A DNA stretch of 64,000 nt, from contig CBDAOY010000009.1 in the NCBI GenBank assembly GCA_965198225.1, positions 1,056,001-1,120,000 on the forward strand, written 5' to 3'. A program made the position numbers and the translations under genes. Shown here piece by piece: positions 16,847 to 25,329 of the stretch. The notes beneath the pieces were generated by a model. That model made no database searches and was not told the origin of the DNA. It was given only the letters and a program-made list of their open reading frames with translations. Origin of the DNA: Terriglobia bacterium. GTDB taxonomy: Bacteria; Acidobacteriota; Terriglobia; 20CM-2-55-15. How positions within the stretch are numbered: the first letter of the stretch is position 1; each line of letters opens with the position of its first letter.

Positions 16847-19729
16847 GTGAACAAGAGCAGACTGAGCATGACGCTGGGGGTCCTGTTGCTCGTTTTCTTG
16901 GTGTCCGCTCCCGCTTTCTCGCAGGTCACGACGGGAGTAATCACCGGTCGAGCCCAGGATTCTTCCGGCGCCCTGATACCGGGCGTTGAGGTTACGGTCG
17001 CGAGCCCGGCGATGATCATCGGCGGCGGTTCGCGGCTGATCATCACCAACGAACAGGGCAGCTATCGCGTGACACAGCTTCCCGCGCCCGCTGTATACAC
17101 GGTTACATTTTCACTTCCCGGCTTCCGCACCCTCAACATCGAGGGTGTGAACGTGGCCGGCGGAGCGACGATGACGATCAACGGCACACTGGAAGTCGCG
17201 ACGGTCGCCGAAACGATAACGGTCGTCAGCGAGGCACCGACGATCGACCTGGAAGAAGCAACGACCGTGGTCAACTGGGGCCAGAAGCTGATGGACGAGC
17301 TGCCGTACGGCCGCAGCATCCGTGCCTTGAGCCGGCTGATTCCCGGCTTTAACCTCACCCACTTCGACGTGGGCGGGAACACGGCCGGCGGGTCGGCCAG
17401 CTTCGGTGCGGAGCTGTACGGTCGCCGGGGCGGCGACGAGATCAACTACGAAGGCATGAACTGGGGATCGACCTTCGGCGACTACGGAACGTACAGCGAG
17501 ATCCAGTTCGAGACCTCGGCCAAGGGCGCGGAAGCCCGAACGCCGGGAGTCAACGCCAACCACATCATCAAGTCGGGCAGCAACGAGCTGCACGGCAACA
17601 TCATGGCGGCCATTCAGGACGACAGCTTCCAGAGCGACAACATCAACCAGGGGCTGCTGGACCGCGGCCTGAGGCCATCGGACAACTCCTTCATCCGTTA
17701 CCACGACCTCAACGGCGATGTCGGCGGTCCGATCATCGAGGACAAGTTCTGGTTCTACTACGCGCACGGCAACATGTTCACGTCGACGAACGTTCCGGGC
17801 TTCGACTACCCGGACACGGGAGAGCTGCAGCCCTACACGACGCGGCTGGACTTCACGACGTCGAAGTGGACCTTCCAGTTGACGAACAACCAGAAACTGG
17901 AAGCGTCCCACCAGTTCAGCCGGAAGGACACGCCCTGGCGCGGCGCGGCCACCCAGTTGCACCCGTTGGCCAGCCAGCATCAGCTGTCGTGGTCCGGAAT
18001 CGGTCCGACCCTGAAGTGGACCTACATCATCAGCCCGACGATGACGCTCGATGCGGCGATTCAGCGTGGCGGGTACTGGTGGCCGTCGACCGCGCAGACG
18101 AACGACATCCGGCGGGTCGACCGGAACAGCGGCTGGACCGAAGGCCATTGGGGCACGGTCTACCGGCGGCCGATCCGGTGGCAGTGGCCGGTCAACTTCA
18201 GCTGGTTCACGAACGTGGGCCAGGTCAGCAACGAGATCAAGGTCGGCTACATGTCCTGGTGGGGAACTCGGACCAACCACGTCGAGGGTTACCCGAACCA
18301 GCAGATCTACCAGTACGAGTCTACGGACGCGGAAGCGGCCGCCGAGATCTACTTCAACAATCCGGACCGGGTGGAAATCTACGACTACCCGAACACGGAG
18401 CGGTACAACAACTACTACGACACCGTGTTCTTCAACGACAAGATCACGGTGAACCGTAATCTGACGATGAACCTGGGCCTGCGTTTCGAGCGGTACGGTT
18501 CGTCACTGCCCCGGCAGGGCAGAATTAACGTCGGACCCTTCTCGTCAGGTACCACGTTTGAATCCCGGGGGCGGGACGAGTTTCCGTCCTACACCTCCGT
18601 CGTGCCTCGCGTGTCGGTGATCTACGACATCACGGGTGAGGGAACACTGGCCCTGAAGTTCAGCTACGGCAAATACGCCAGCGAGAATCGCGACGCGCGG
18701 AGGGTCAACCCGAACGCACGGACCCGGTGGCGGTACGCGTGGGACGGCACGATTCCCTTCGTGCCGGACAACGGTCCGGACGGGATCTTCGGGAACTCGG
18801 ATGACCCCCAGCTGCAGTCGATCTCGGGCGGTGGTGGTCTTTCTTCGGTGCGGGACCTGGACCCGAACCTGGACAACCTGACCATGGACGAGTTCACGGC
18901 CGGCATCGAGATGGCGCTCGGCACGAACTACGTCCTACGGTTCAGTACGATCCGCAAGCAGGACAAGGGCGGGTTCAAGACCATCAACCGAGCGTTGCCC
19001 TTCTCCGCGTTCACGGTCCAGACGCTTGGCCTCGACATCGGCCGGGATAACGTCGCCGGCACTGGCGACGATCGGCAGATCGAGATCTGGTCCGTGCCGC
19101 GGTCCCACCCGGGGTTCGGTAAGGTCGACGAGATCTTCCAGAACTTCGACGACAATGAGGGCCGAGACGTGTACACGGCCTTCGACTTTGCGTTCAGCAG
19201 GAGGTACGCGGAGGGCTACACCTTCACCGTGAACCACACGAGCAGCTTTGCGAAGCGGCGGGATCCGGACCCACAAAACCCGAACCAGCTGCTTTACACC
19301 TTCGCGAACCAGTTCCCGGAGTGGGATCACGTCTTCAAGGTCAACGGCGTGTATGACCTGCCGTTCGGGATGCATTATTCGACGACGCTGAATATGCAGT
19401 CTGGCGCGTACTACAACCGGACGACGCGGATCCGGGACGCCCTGGGCCGGAATCAGACCGTCGAGGTCGAAGGCCAGGTCGGCCGCTACGACACGGTTCG
19501 GCTCTGGGATAACCGGATCTCAAAGACGTTCCAGCTCAACGACCGGCATTCGATCGAAGCGATGTTCGACCTGTACAACACACTGAACTCCGCAGCGGTG
19601 ATCCGGCACGAGAACCGCAACGGCCCCAACTACCTGCGGCCGTTGGCGACGAGTGGGATCGATGCGGCTGCGGCATCGCCGATCCTGTCTCCGCGCATCT
19701 TCCGTCTCGGAATGCGCTGGAGGTTCTAA
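16847..19729 (+). CDS. TonB-dependent receptor with N-terminal carboxypeptidase-regulatory-like domain
   Basis: GGAGG RBS and GTG start, signal peptide, DSSGALIPGVEVTV, IKSGSNELHG and GGPIIEDKFWF motifs, C-terminal aromatic RWRF. Confidence 0.92.
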   Translation: MNKSRLSMTLGVLLLVFLVSAPAFSQVTTGVITGRAQDSSGALIPGVEVTVASPAMIIGGGSRLIITNEQGSYRVTQLPAPAVYTVTFSLPGFRTLNIEGVNVAGGATMTINGTLEVATVAETITVVSEAPTIDLEEATTVVNWGQKLMDELPYGRSIRALSRLIPGFNLTHFDVGGNTAGGSASFGAELYGRRGGDEINYEGMNWGSTFGDYGTYSEIQFETSAKGAEARTPGVNANHIIKSGSNELHGNIMAAIQDDSFQSDNINQGLLDRGLRPSDNSFIRYHDLNGDVGGPIIEDKFWFYYAHGNMFTSTNVPGFDYPDTGELQPYTTRLDFTTSKWTFQLTNNQKLEASHQFSRKDTPWRGAATQLHPLASQHQLSWSGIGPTLKWTYIISPTMTLDAAIQRGGYWWPSTAQTNDIRRVDRNSGWTEGHWGTVYRRPIRWQWPVNFSWFTNVGQVSNEIKVGYMSWWGTRTNHVEGYPNQQIYQYESTDAEAAAEIYFNNPDRVEIYDYPNTERYNNYYDTVFFNDKITVNRNLTMNLGLRFERYGSSLPRQGRINVGPFSSGTTFESRGRDEFPSYTSVVPRVSVIYDITGEGTLALKFSYGKYASENRDARRVNPNARTRWRYAWDGTIPFVPDNGPDGIFGNSDDPQLQSISGGGGLSSVRDLDPNLDNLTMDEFTAGIEMALGTNYVLRFSTIRKQDKGGFKTINRALPFSAFTVQTLGLDIGRDNVAGTGDDRQIEIWSVPRSHPGFGKVDEIFQNFDDNEGRDVYTAFDFAFSRRYAEGYTFTVNHTSSFAKRRDPDPQNPNQLLYTFANQFPEWDHVFKVNGVYDLPFGMHYSTTLNMQSGAYYNRTTRIRDALGRNQTVEVEGQVGRYDTVRLWDNRISKTFQLNDRHSIEAMFDLYNTLNSAAVIRHENRNGPNYLRPLATSGIDAAAASPILSPRIFRLGMRWRF

Positions 19730-19740
19730 GACAGCACTGA

Positions 19741-19796
19741 GCGGGTGGGAAACCCGCTTCCGGTAAAGGGCGGTCCCTTTGTGGGCCGCCCTTCTT
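19741..19796 (+). terminator. Small hairpin followed by terminator-like hairpin
   Basis: GCGGGT-GGGAA-ACCCGC then AAGGGCGGTCCC-TTTGT-GGGCCGCCCTT-CTT. Confidence 0.65.
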
Positions 19797-19870
19797 ACAT
19801 CCCGCGAGAAAGTCTGTGTTGACGAGACACATCCGGCGGTAGACTAATTGACTCTCAACTCCCGCTAGGG

Positions 19871-19902
19871 AAGGAGCCCACAATCGGGCTCCTTATTCTT
19901 TT
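19871..19902 (+). terminator. Terminator-like hairpin in the VOC gene leader
   Basis: AAGGAGCCC-ACAATC-GGGCTCCTT-ATTCTTTT. Confidence 0.5.
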
Positions 19903-19964
19903 GGCCTGATGAATACGGCAAGACCAACGCCGCTCGATCATGGCCGCGCATTGGAGGATCAGGA

Positions 19965-20897
19965 ATGGACTCTATGACTGAGAAATTGTTTCGAGAGATG
20001 GAACAGTCCCGAATGATCGACCGGCGGCAGTTCGTGCAGGGCGGTCTGGCGCTCGCCGCCACGGCAGCCGCAGTTTCCTTGCCGACCGCCGCGGCGGCCG
20101 CTCAAGAAGGCCTCAAGACGACCTGGGTGAGCCATTACACCTACGTCGCCCCCGACATGAAAAAGACCCGGGATTGGTATCACGAGGTGTTCGGGATGCA
20201 GATGGGTTACGAGGATCGAAACGAGGCCCACCTGTGGTACGGCGATACCGGCGGTGACACGTTGATGATCGTCCGCCAGGCCCGCGCCGGCGAGGATGCG
20301 CCGGGCCTGGAACGCTTTGCCTTCATGGTGGACCCCTGGGACGGGAACACCGTCCAGGCCGCTTTCCGACGCATGGGGGTCGAGGCAAAGGCCGACACCG
20401 ACCACAAGGGTTTCTGGTTCAACGATCCAGACGGAAACGAGATCGGTGTCTTTGCCAAGGACTACGCCGAGAGACCGACGGCCTCCCCCGCCCGGCCCCA
20501 GGTGTGGCAGGCGCTGAGCGCCAACCACATCGTCGTGACCTCGAACGACTACCGCAAGCTCGGGGACTGGTATGGAGATCTGCTCAACCTGAGAGAGACC
20601 AGCGACGCAGGCCGGGATGTCTACCAGTGGTTCGGCGACTCGGTCTGGATCCCCACCGCGGTTCGCGAAGGCCGGCAGACCTCGGCAGTTCTCAAGTCGC
20701 TCGACCACGTTGCCTATACGATCGCGGACTACGTCTCGGCTGATGTTGAAGCCGAGTTGAAACGGCGCAGGATGATCGAGCCCGACGCGGACGTTACAGG
20801 AAGCCTCGGTATCAATTGCGTCGACGTCAACGGCTTCAAGACCCAGGTGTGTGATGCAAACCTGGTCCCGAATTCCGAGCGCCGGCGCAGCGGGTAG
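19965..20897 (+). CDS. Tat-exported two-domain VOC/glyoxalase-family protein
   Basis: DRRQFVQGG twin-Arg signal with Ala-rich h-region; SHYTY..DWYHEVFG, FNDPDGNEI, NHIVV and DHVAY motifs. Confidence 0.85.
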   Translation: MDSMTEKLFREMEQSRMIDRRQFVQGGLALAATAAAVSLPTAAAAAQEGLKTTWVSHYTYVAPDMKKTRDWYHEVFGMQMGYEDRNEAHLWYGDTGGDTLMIVRQARAGEDAPGLERFAFMVDPWDGNTVQAAFRRMGVEAKADTDHKGFWFNDPDGNEIGVFAKDYAERPTASPARPQVWQALSANHIVVTSNDYRKLGDWYGDLLNLRETSDAGRDVYQWFGDSVWIPTAVREGRQTSAVLKSLDHVAYTIADYVSADVEAELKRRRMIEPDADVTGSLGINCVDVNGFKTQVCDANLVPNSERRRSG

Positions 20898-20914
20898 GCC
20901 GAACTCTTCGAAGA

Positions 20915-20942
20915 GTGTGCGGTCATAGACCGCACCTACACC
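20915..20942 (-). repeat. Single GTAG-family REP
   Basis: Reverse complement is GGTGTAGGTGCGGTCTATGACCGCACAC, matching the REP at 6040. Confidence 0.85.
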
Positions 20943-20989
20943 TCTCACGGTCGCCGTTTGAACCGACGGTTGGGGGGCAAAGGGGGCCT

Positions 20990-21979
20990 GTGATTCGATT
21001 CGGCAGAATTTTCGTGTTCCTTCTTCTCGTGGGGCTGGCGGTGAGGCCGGCTGCCGCCCGTCCCGATTTCCTGAAGCTCTTCCAGGAGGACCCGTTTCGG
21101 AACCCGAGCGTCGACGGCTGCGCGACCTGTCATGTGAACCCGGAGGGCGGAGGGCCGCGAAACGAATTCGGGCAAGCGTTTGCGGCGAACGAGTTCGTCA
21201 TTACGCCGATGCTGCGGTCGAATTATCCGGACCGGTTTGATTTCGCTACGGTTCAGATACCCAACGGCGGCACGTTGCACTTCTCCGAACCGACGGCCCA
21301 GTTGGTCGTCTATGAGAAGGATGAGCAGAAGTACCTCGTCGACCTGGCAGCGATCGCCGAAGGGCGGCTGGTGGAAAGAGAGGAAGAGCCGGACCCGGGT
21401 CCGAGACACCCGGTCGGCAACTTCAGCTTCTTCATCAGCAGCGTGGGACCGGGCAACGGAGGCAACCTCGGTGCGCTCGCGGGAGCAGATCGGCATTGTC
21501 AGGAGTTGGCTTCCGCTGTGGATGCCGGTCACAAAACCTGGCGCGCCTATCTCAGTACCAGCTTTGACGGAGAGCCTGTCCTACATGCCGGCGACCGCAT
21601 AGGAAGCGGTCCCTGGTATAACGCGAAGGGAATAATGGTCGCCCGAGGTGTTGCCGACCTCCACGGGTCCCACAGCCGTCTCGCCAAGGAAACCGCACTC
21701 AACGAGAAAGGCGAGACGGTCAACGGTCGGGGTGACGACCCGAACCGCCACGACATTCTCACGGGTACGATGCCGGACGGCACCTCTGCCGTCGGGATGA
21801 ACTGCGACAACTGGACCAGCGGCAGCGAAGGTGCGGCCCTGCTCGGCCACTTCGACCGCGAGGGCGGCGGGGACAACCCGACTTCCTGGAACTCGGCTCA
21901 CCCCTCGCGAAGCTGCTCTCAGGAGGACCTGCGTGCGACGGGCGGGGACGGCCTTTTCTACTGTTTCGCGATCAACTGA
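20990..21979 (+). CDS. Exported fusion of a CxxCH heme-c domain and a C-type-lectin/endostatin-like domain
   Basis: Signal peptide, CATCH motif, then GNLGALAGADRHCQ, TWRAYLS, DRIGSGPW, HDILTG and GLFYCFA motifs. Confidence 0.75.
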   Translation: MIRFGRIFVFLLLVGLAVRPAAARPDFLKLFQEDPFRNPSVDGCATCHVNPEGGGPRNEFGQAFAANEFVITPMLRSNYPDRFDFATVQIPNGGTLHFSEPTAQLVVYEKDEQKYLVDLAAIAEGRLVEREEEPDPGPRHPVGNFSFFISSVGPGNGGNLGALAGADRHCQELASAVDAGHKTWRAYLSTSFDGEPVLHAGDRIGSGPWYNAKGIMVARGVADLHGSHSRLAKETALNEKGETVNGRGDDPNRHDILTGTMPDGTSAVGMNCDNWTSGSEGAALLGHFDREGGGDNPTSWNSAHPSRSCSQEDLRATGGDGLFYCFAIN

Positions 21980-22381
21980 ATTCCTTCCTGCTCAGAACTC
22001 GTGAACGGAGCGCGGACCAGGCTCCGTGTAAACCCGTCAGCTCCAGGGATTCGCCCGAATCGTTGTATATCAATAGTGATGCTGTTTATCTGCTCCTTAG
22101 ACGTAGTCCAATATATGTCTGAGGGGTAGTTACCCTGCCCCGACCGCTCTGTTAGCATACCCTCGGTTTATTGTAGCCACGCTAGGAGCAGGCCCAGCTC
22201 CAGGCCGCTGGACCGAACCCAGTGGAAGTCCCCGTAGCGCACGCCTGAGTAGAGTCCCAGATCGCCAGCGCGAACAAACCGTTCCTGAGATGGAACCCGC
22301 CTCGAAATACGACGTTCGGGCAAAGCAATGTAGGCTCGTATGATACGGAAGAGGCATCAGATCGAGCCATGTGGAGGGTCT

Positions 22382-25246
22382 ATGAAGTTTTTTAGAGGAA
22401 GAGTATCGCTGTTTGCCGCTTCTGTTCTGGTGCTCGCTCTGGCCGCACCAGCCTTCCCACAAGCCCTGACCGGAGGTATCAATGGAACGTCCACGGACGC
22501 TTCCGGCGCATTGATCCCGGGCGTGGAAGTGACAGTCAGCAGTCCGGCCATGATCGAAGGCTCACGATCTGCGATCACCAACGAAACGGGGAGCTATCGG
22601 TTTCCGCTACTGCCCCCAGGTAGCTACACCGTCACTTTTGTGCTTCCGGGTTTCGCGACACTGAATATTGAAGACGTGGTGGTGCCTGTCGGAACCACCA
22701 TGACGATTAACGGGACGCTGGAAGTGGCGACGGTTGCGGAAACAATCACCGTTGTCAGCGAGACACCGACGATCGACCTGCAGGATGCTGCAAAGTCCAT
22801 CAACTGGGGCAAGCAGGGTCTGGAGGATCTTCCCTACGGTCGCGCCATACGCGGTCTGACGGCGATGATTCCGGGGATGGTCAATCGACAGTATGACGTC
22901 GGTGGAAACACAAAGGGAGGTCCGGCCGGCGTAGGCTCCCGCTCGTATGGGCGAAGAGACGGCGACGTGGTGATGTACGACGGCATGGTGTGGGATCAGA
23001 CCTTTGGCGACTACGCCGCTTTCGAGGAAGTCCAGATCACGTCCGCCGCAAAAGGCGCCGAATCGATGAATCCGGGTTCAACACTGAGCTTCGTGATCAA
23101 GTCGGGCAGCAACGATTTCCACGGGACAACCTACATGGACTGGGAGGACGACAGCTTCCAGAGCGACAACATAGGCGAGGACCTGTTGGCCCAGGGATTC
23201 AAGCCGTCGAGCAACAAGTTCACTCGCTTCAACGAGTTCAACTTCGACATCGGCGGTCCAATCATCAGGGACAAGTTCTGGTTCTACGTCTCGTGGGGCG
23301 ACATGTACTCGGGACTGCTGATTCCCGGTTTCATTTCCCTCGAGACAGGCCAGCCGCAGACCTTCTTCACCAGCCTGAAGACTTTAACTACCAAGTTTAC
23401 CTACCAACTGACCAACAGCATGAAGCTGGAAAGCCACGGATCATTTGGTCGGAAGTGGCAGCCCTACCGCAATGCCGGGTCGGCCGTTCCGGCCGAAGCC
23501 ACGCACGATCAGCTCTCCTACACGGGTACCGGTCCGACGCTGAAATTGACCAACATCATCAGCCCAACGATGACGATGGACGTGGCGCTGAGCCGGGGCG
23601 GCTACTACTGGCCCAGCCGATCGCACACGACCGACATCCGGCAGTTCGACCGCGCGACCGGGGAGACACGTGGCTCCTGGAACGTGCGTTACCTGCGTCC
23701 GATCCGCTGGCAGTATGACGCCAACTTCAGCTGGTTCGGCGAAATCGGCGGGCGGAACAACGAGATCAAGACCGGCACTCTGAACTGGTGGAGCAAGTCC
23801 TATCGTCTGAATTTCGGATTCCCGAACCAACAGGAGTACCACTACCGTAGCCAGCCGGGCGACGCGACTTTCTTCGAGCGGCCGAATCGGGTCCGTGTGT
23901 ACGACTATCCGAACAACGAGATGAGTGTCGAAAGCTACAAATCGTGGTACATCAACGACAAGCTCACGGTGAACAATCATCTGACGCTCAACTTCGGCAT
24001 CCGGTGGGACCACTATTCGTCTTACCTGCCCGAGCAGGGCAACCCGGGAGACGGCCCGTTCGCCACGAAGAACCTCTTTGCGGAAAACCGGGATTTCCCG
24101 GTGTACAACTCCGTCGTGCCGCGACTTTCGATGGTCTACGACGTGACCGGTGAAGGCAAGGTGGCGCTCAAGGCCAGCTACGGCCGGTACGCCGGAGGCG
24201 GCTCCGGAAGCCGAACCATTCCAGCCCCCAACGCCCGTCACGTGAACCCGGCCGGGAGGACGAGATGGCAGTACGCTTGGGACGGCACCATTCCCTACGT
24301 TCCGAACCCGGCGGATCTGCAGACGGTCTCAGGAGGCGGAGGCGGAATCCAGCGGATCGACTCGAACGTGGAACTTCCCTATATGGACGAGTACACGGCG
24401 GGAATCGAGCTGGGTTTCACCCGCGACATGACGATGCGGTTCAACGTGGTCCGAAAACAGGATTTCGGTGGGTTCTACGTCAAGGATCTGGCCCGGCCTT
24501 ACGAAGCGTATACGGACGTTCGGTACGCGGTGGATCCGGGCCGGGATAACGTCGAGGGAACCGCCGACGACGGCCAGTTGCAGGCGTGGTCGGTTCCCAG
24601 GAGCTGGCCGACGTTTGCCGACGTCAACGAGCTCTTTACGAACGTGGCCAATGATGAGGCCAAAGACGTGTACACGTCTTATGAAGCGACGTTCAACAAG
24701 CGGCACGCGGGCGGCTGGTCGATACTGGCCAGCTACCAGTCGGACTTTGCCAAGATCCGCTGTTCGGAGCGCCGTAGCCGCGGATGTGATCTCATCCCGC
24801 AGAACCCGAACGACCTGCTCTACACTTTCAACCTTCCGAGGTGGCACCACTCGCTGAAGCTTCACGGCCAGTACGACCTGCCCTATGGCGTGATGTTCTC
24901 CAGTTCTTTCCGATCGCAGAGCGGCGATTACTATGGCCGGGAAGCGCTGATGCGGAATGCGCTGAACTCTACGGTCGTCGTACCGGTCGAAGAGCAGGCC
25001 GGTCGCCTCCCCCGTGTGAACCTGTGGGACAATCGCTTTTCGAAGACGTTCCAGATCAACGATCGTCACTCGATCGAAGCGATGATCGACTTTTTCAACA
25101 CGCTGAATGTCAGTACCGTCCTGAGGGTCGAGACACGGAACGGTCCGAGATTCGGACTGGTGCGGTCTGCCGGTACGGGCGCGACTTCGGCGAGTCCGAT
25201 CGTTCCCGGGCGGATCTTCCGTCTGGCGGCGCGTTGGAGGTTCTGA
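22382..25246 (+). CDS. TonB-dependent receptor, paralog of 16847-19729
   Basis: GGAGG RBS; shared blocks MTINGTLEVATVAETITVVSE, DDSFQSDNI, KTFQ.NDRHSIEAM; C-terminal RWRF. Confidence 0.92.
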   Translation: MKFFRGRVSLFAASVLVLALAAPAFPQALTGGINGTSTDASGALIPGVEVTVSSPAMIEGSRSAITNETGSYRFPLLPPGSYTVTFVLPGFATLNIEDVVVPVGTTMTINGTLEVATVAETITVVSETPTIDLQDAAKSINWGKQGLEDLPYGRAIRGLTAMIPGMVNRQYDVGGNTKGGPAGVGSRSYGRRDGDVVMYDGMVWDQTFGDYAAFEEVQITSAAKGAESMNPGSTLSFVIKSGSNDFHGTTYMDWEDDSFQSDNIGEDLLAQGFKPSSNKFTRFNEFNFDIGGPIIRDKFWFYVSWGDMYSGLLIPGFISLETGQPQTFFTSLKTLTTKFTYQLTNSMKLESHGSFGRKWQPYRNAGSAVPAEATHDQLSYTGTGPTLKLTNIISPTMTMDVALSRGGYYWPSRSHTTDIRQFDRATGETRGSWNVRYLRPIRWQYDANFSWFGEIGGRNNEIKTGTLNWWSKSYRLNFGFPNQQEYHYRSQPGDATFFERPNRVRVYDYPNNEMSVESYKSWYINDKLTVNNHLTLNFGIRWDHYSSYLPEQGNPGDGPFATKNLFAENRDFPVYNSVVPRLSMVYDVTGEGKVALKASYGRYAGGGSGSRTIPAPNARHVNPAGRTRWQYAWDGTIPYVPNPADLQTVSGGGGGIQRIDSNVELPYMDEYTAGIELGFTRDMTMRFNVVRKQDFGGFYVKDLARPYEAYTDVRYAVDPGRDNVEGTADDGQLQAWSVPRSWPTFADVNELFTNVANDEAKDVYTSYEATFNKRHAGGWSILASYQSDFAKIRCSERRSRGCDLIPQNPNDLLYTFNLPRWHHSLKLHGQYDLPYGVMFSSSFRSQSGDYYGREALMRNALNSTVVVPVEEQAGRLPRVNLWDNRFSKTFQINDRHSIEAMIDFFNTLNVSTVLRVETRNGPRFGLVRSAGTGATSASPIVPGRIFRLAARWRF

Positions 25247-25257
25247 GACAGCGACTG

Positions 25258-25310
25258 GCGGGTGAAAACCCGCGGTTGGGGAGGGGCGGCCGTTCAGGCC
25301 GCCCCTTTTT
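25258..25310 (+). terminator. GAAA-tetraloop hairpin followed by intrinsic terminator
   Basis: GCGGGT-GAAA-ACCCGC then AGGGGCGGCC-GTTCA-GGCCGCCCCT-TTTT. Confidence 0.75.
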
Positions 25311-25329
25311 CGGTATAGGAGGCAACCCC

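Noticed and set aside
22280-22310. CTGAGA...ACCC as a TPP riboswitch core
   Set aside because: Missing the downstream GAACCTGA and GCGTAGGGA elements
24841-25329. N-terminal extension of the S9 peptidase ORF overlapping the TonB gene, suggesting a fusion or frameshift
   Set aside because: RBS, GTG and signal peptide at 25330, and a terminator in between. Similar over-extended starts at 379, 4637, 20915, 31766, 36774, 47164, 55242, 57305 and 61254 were trimmed
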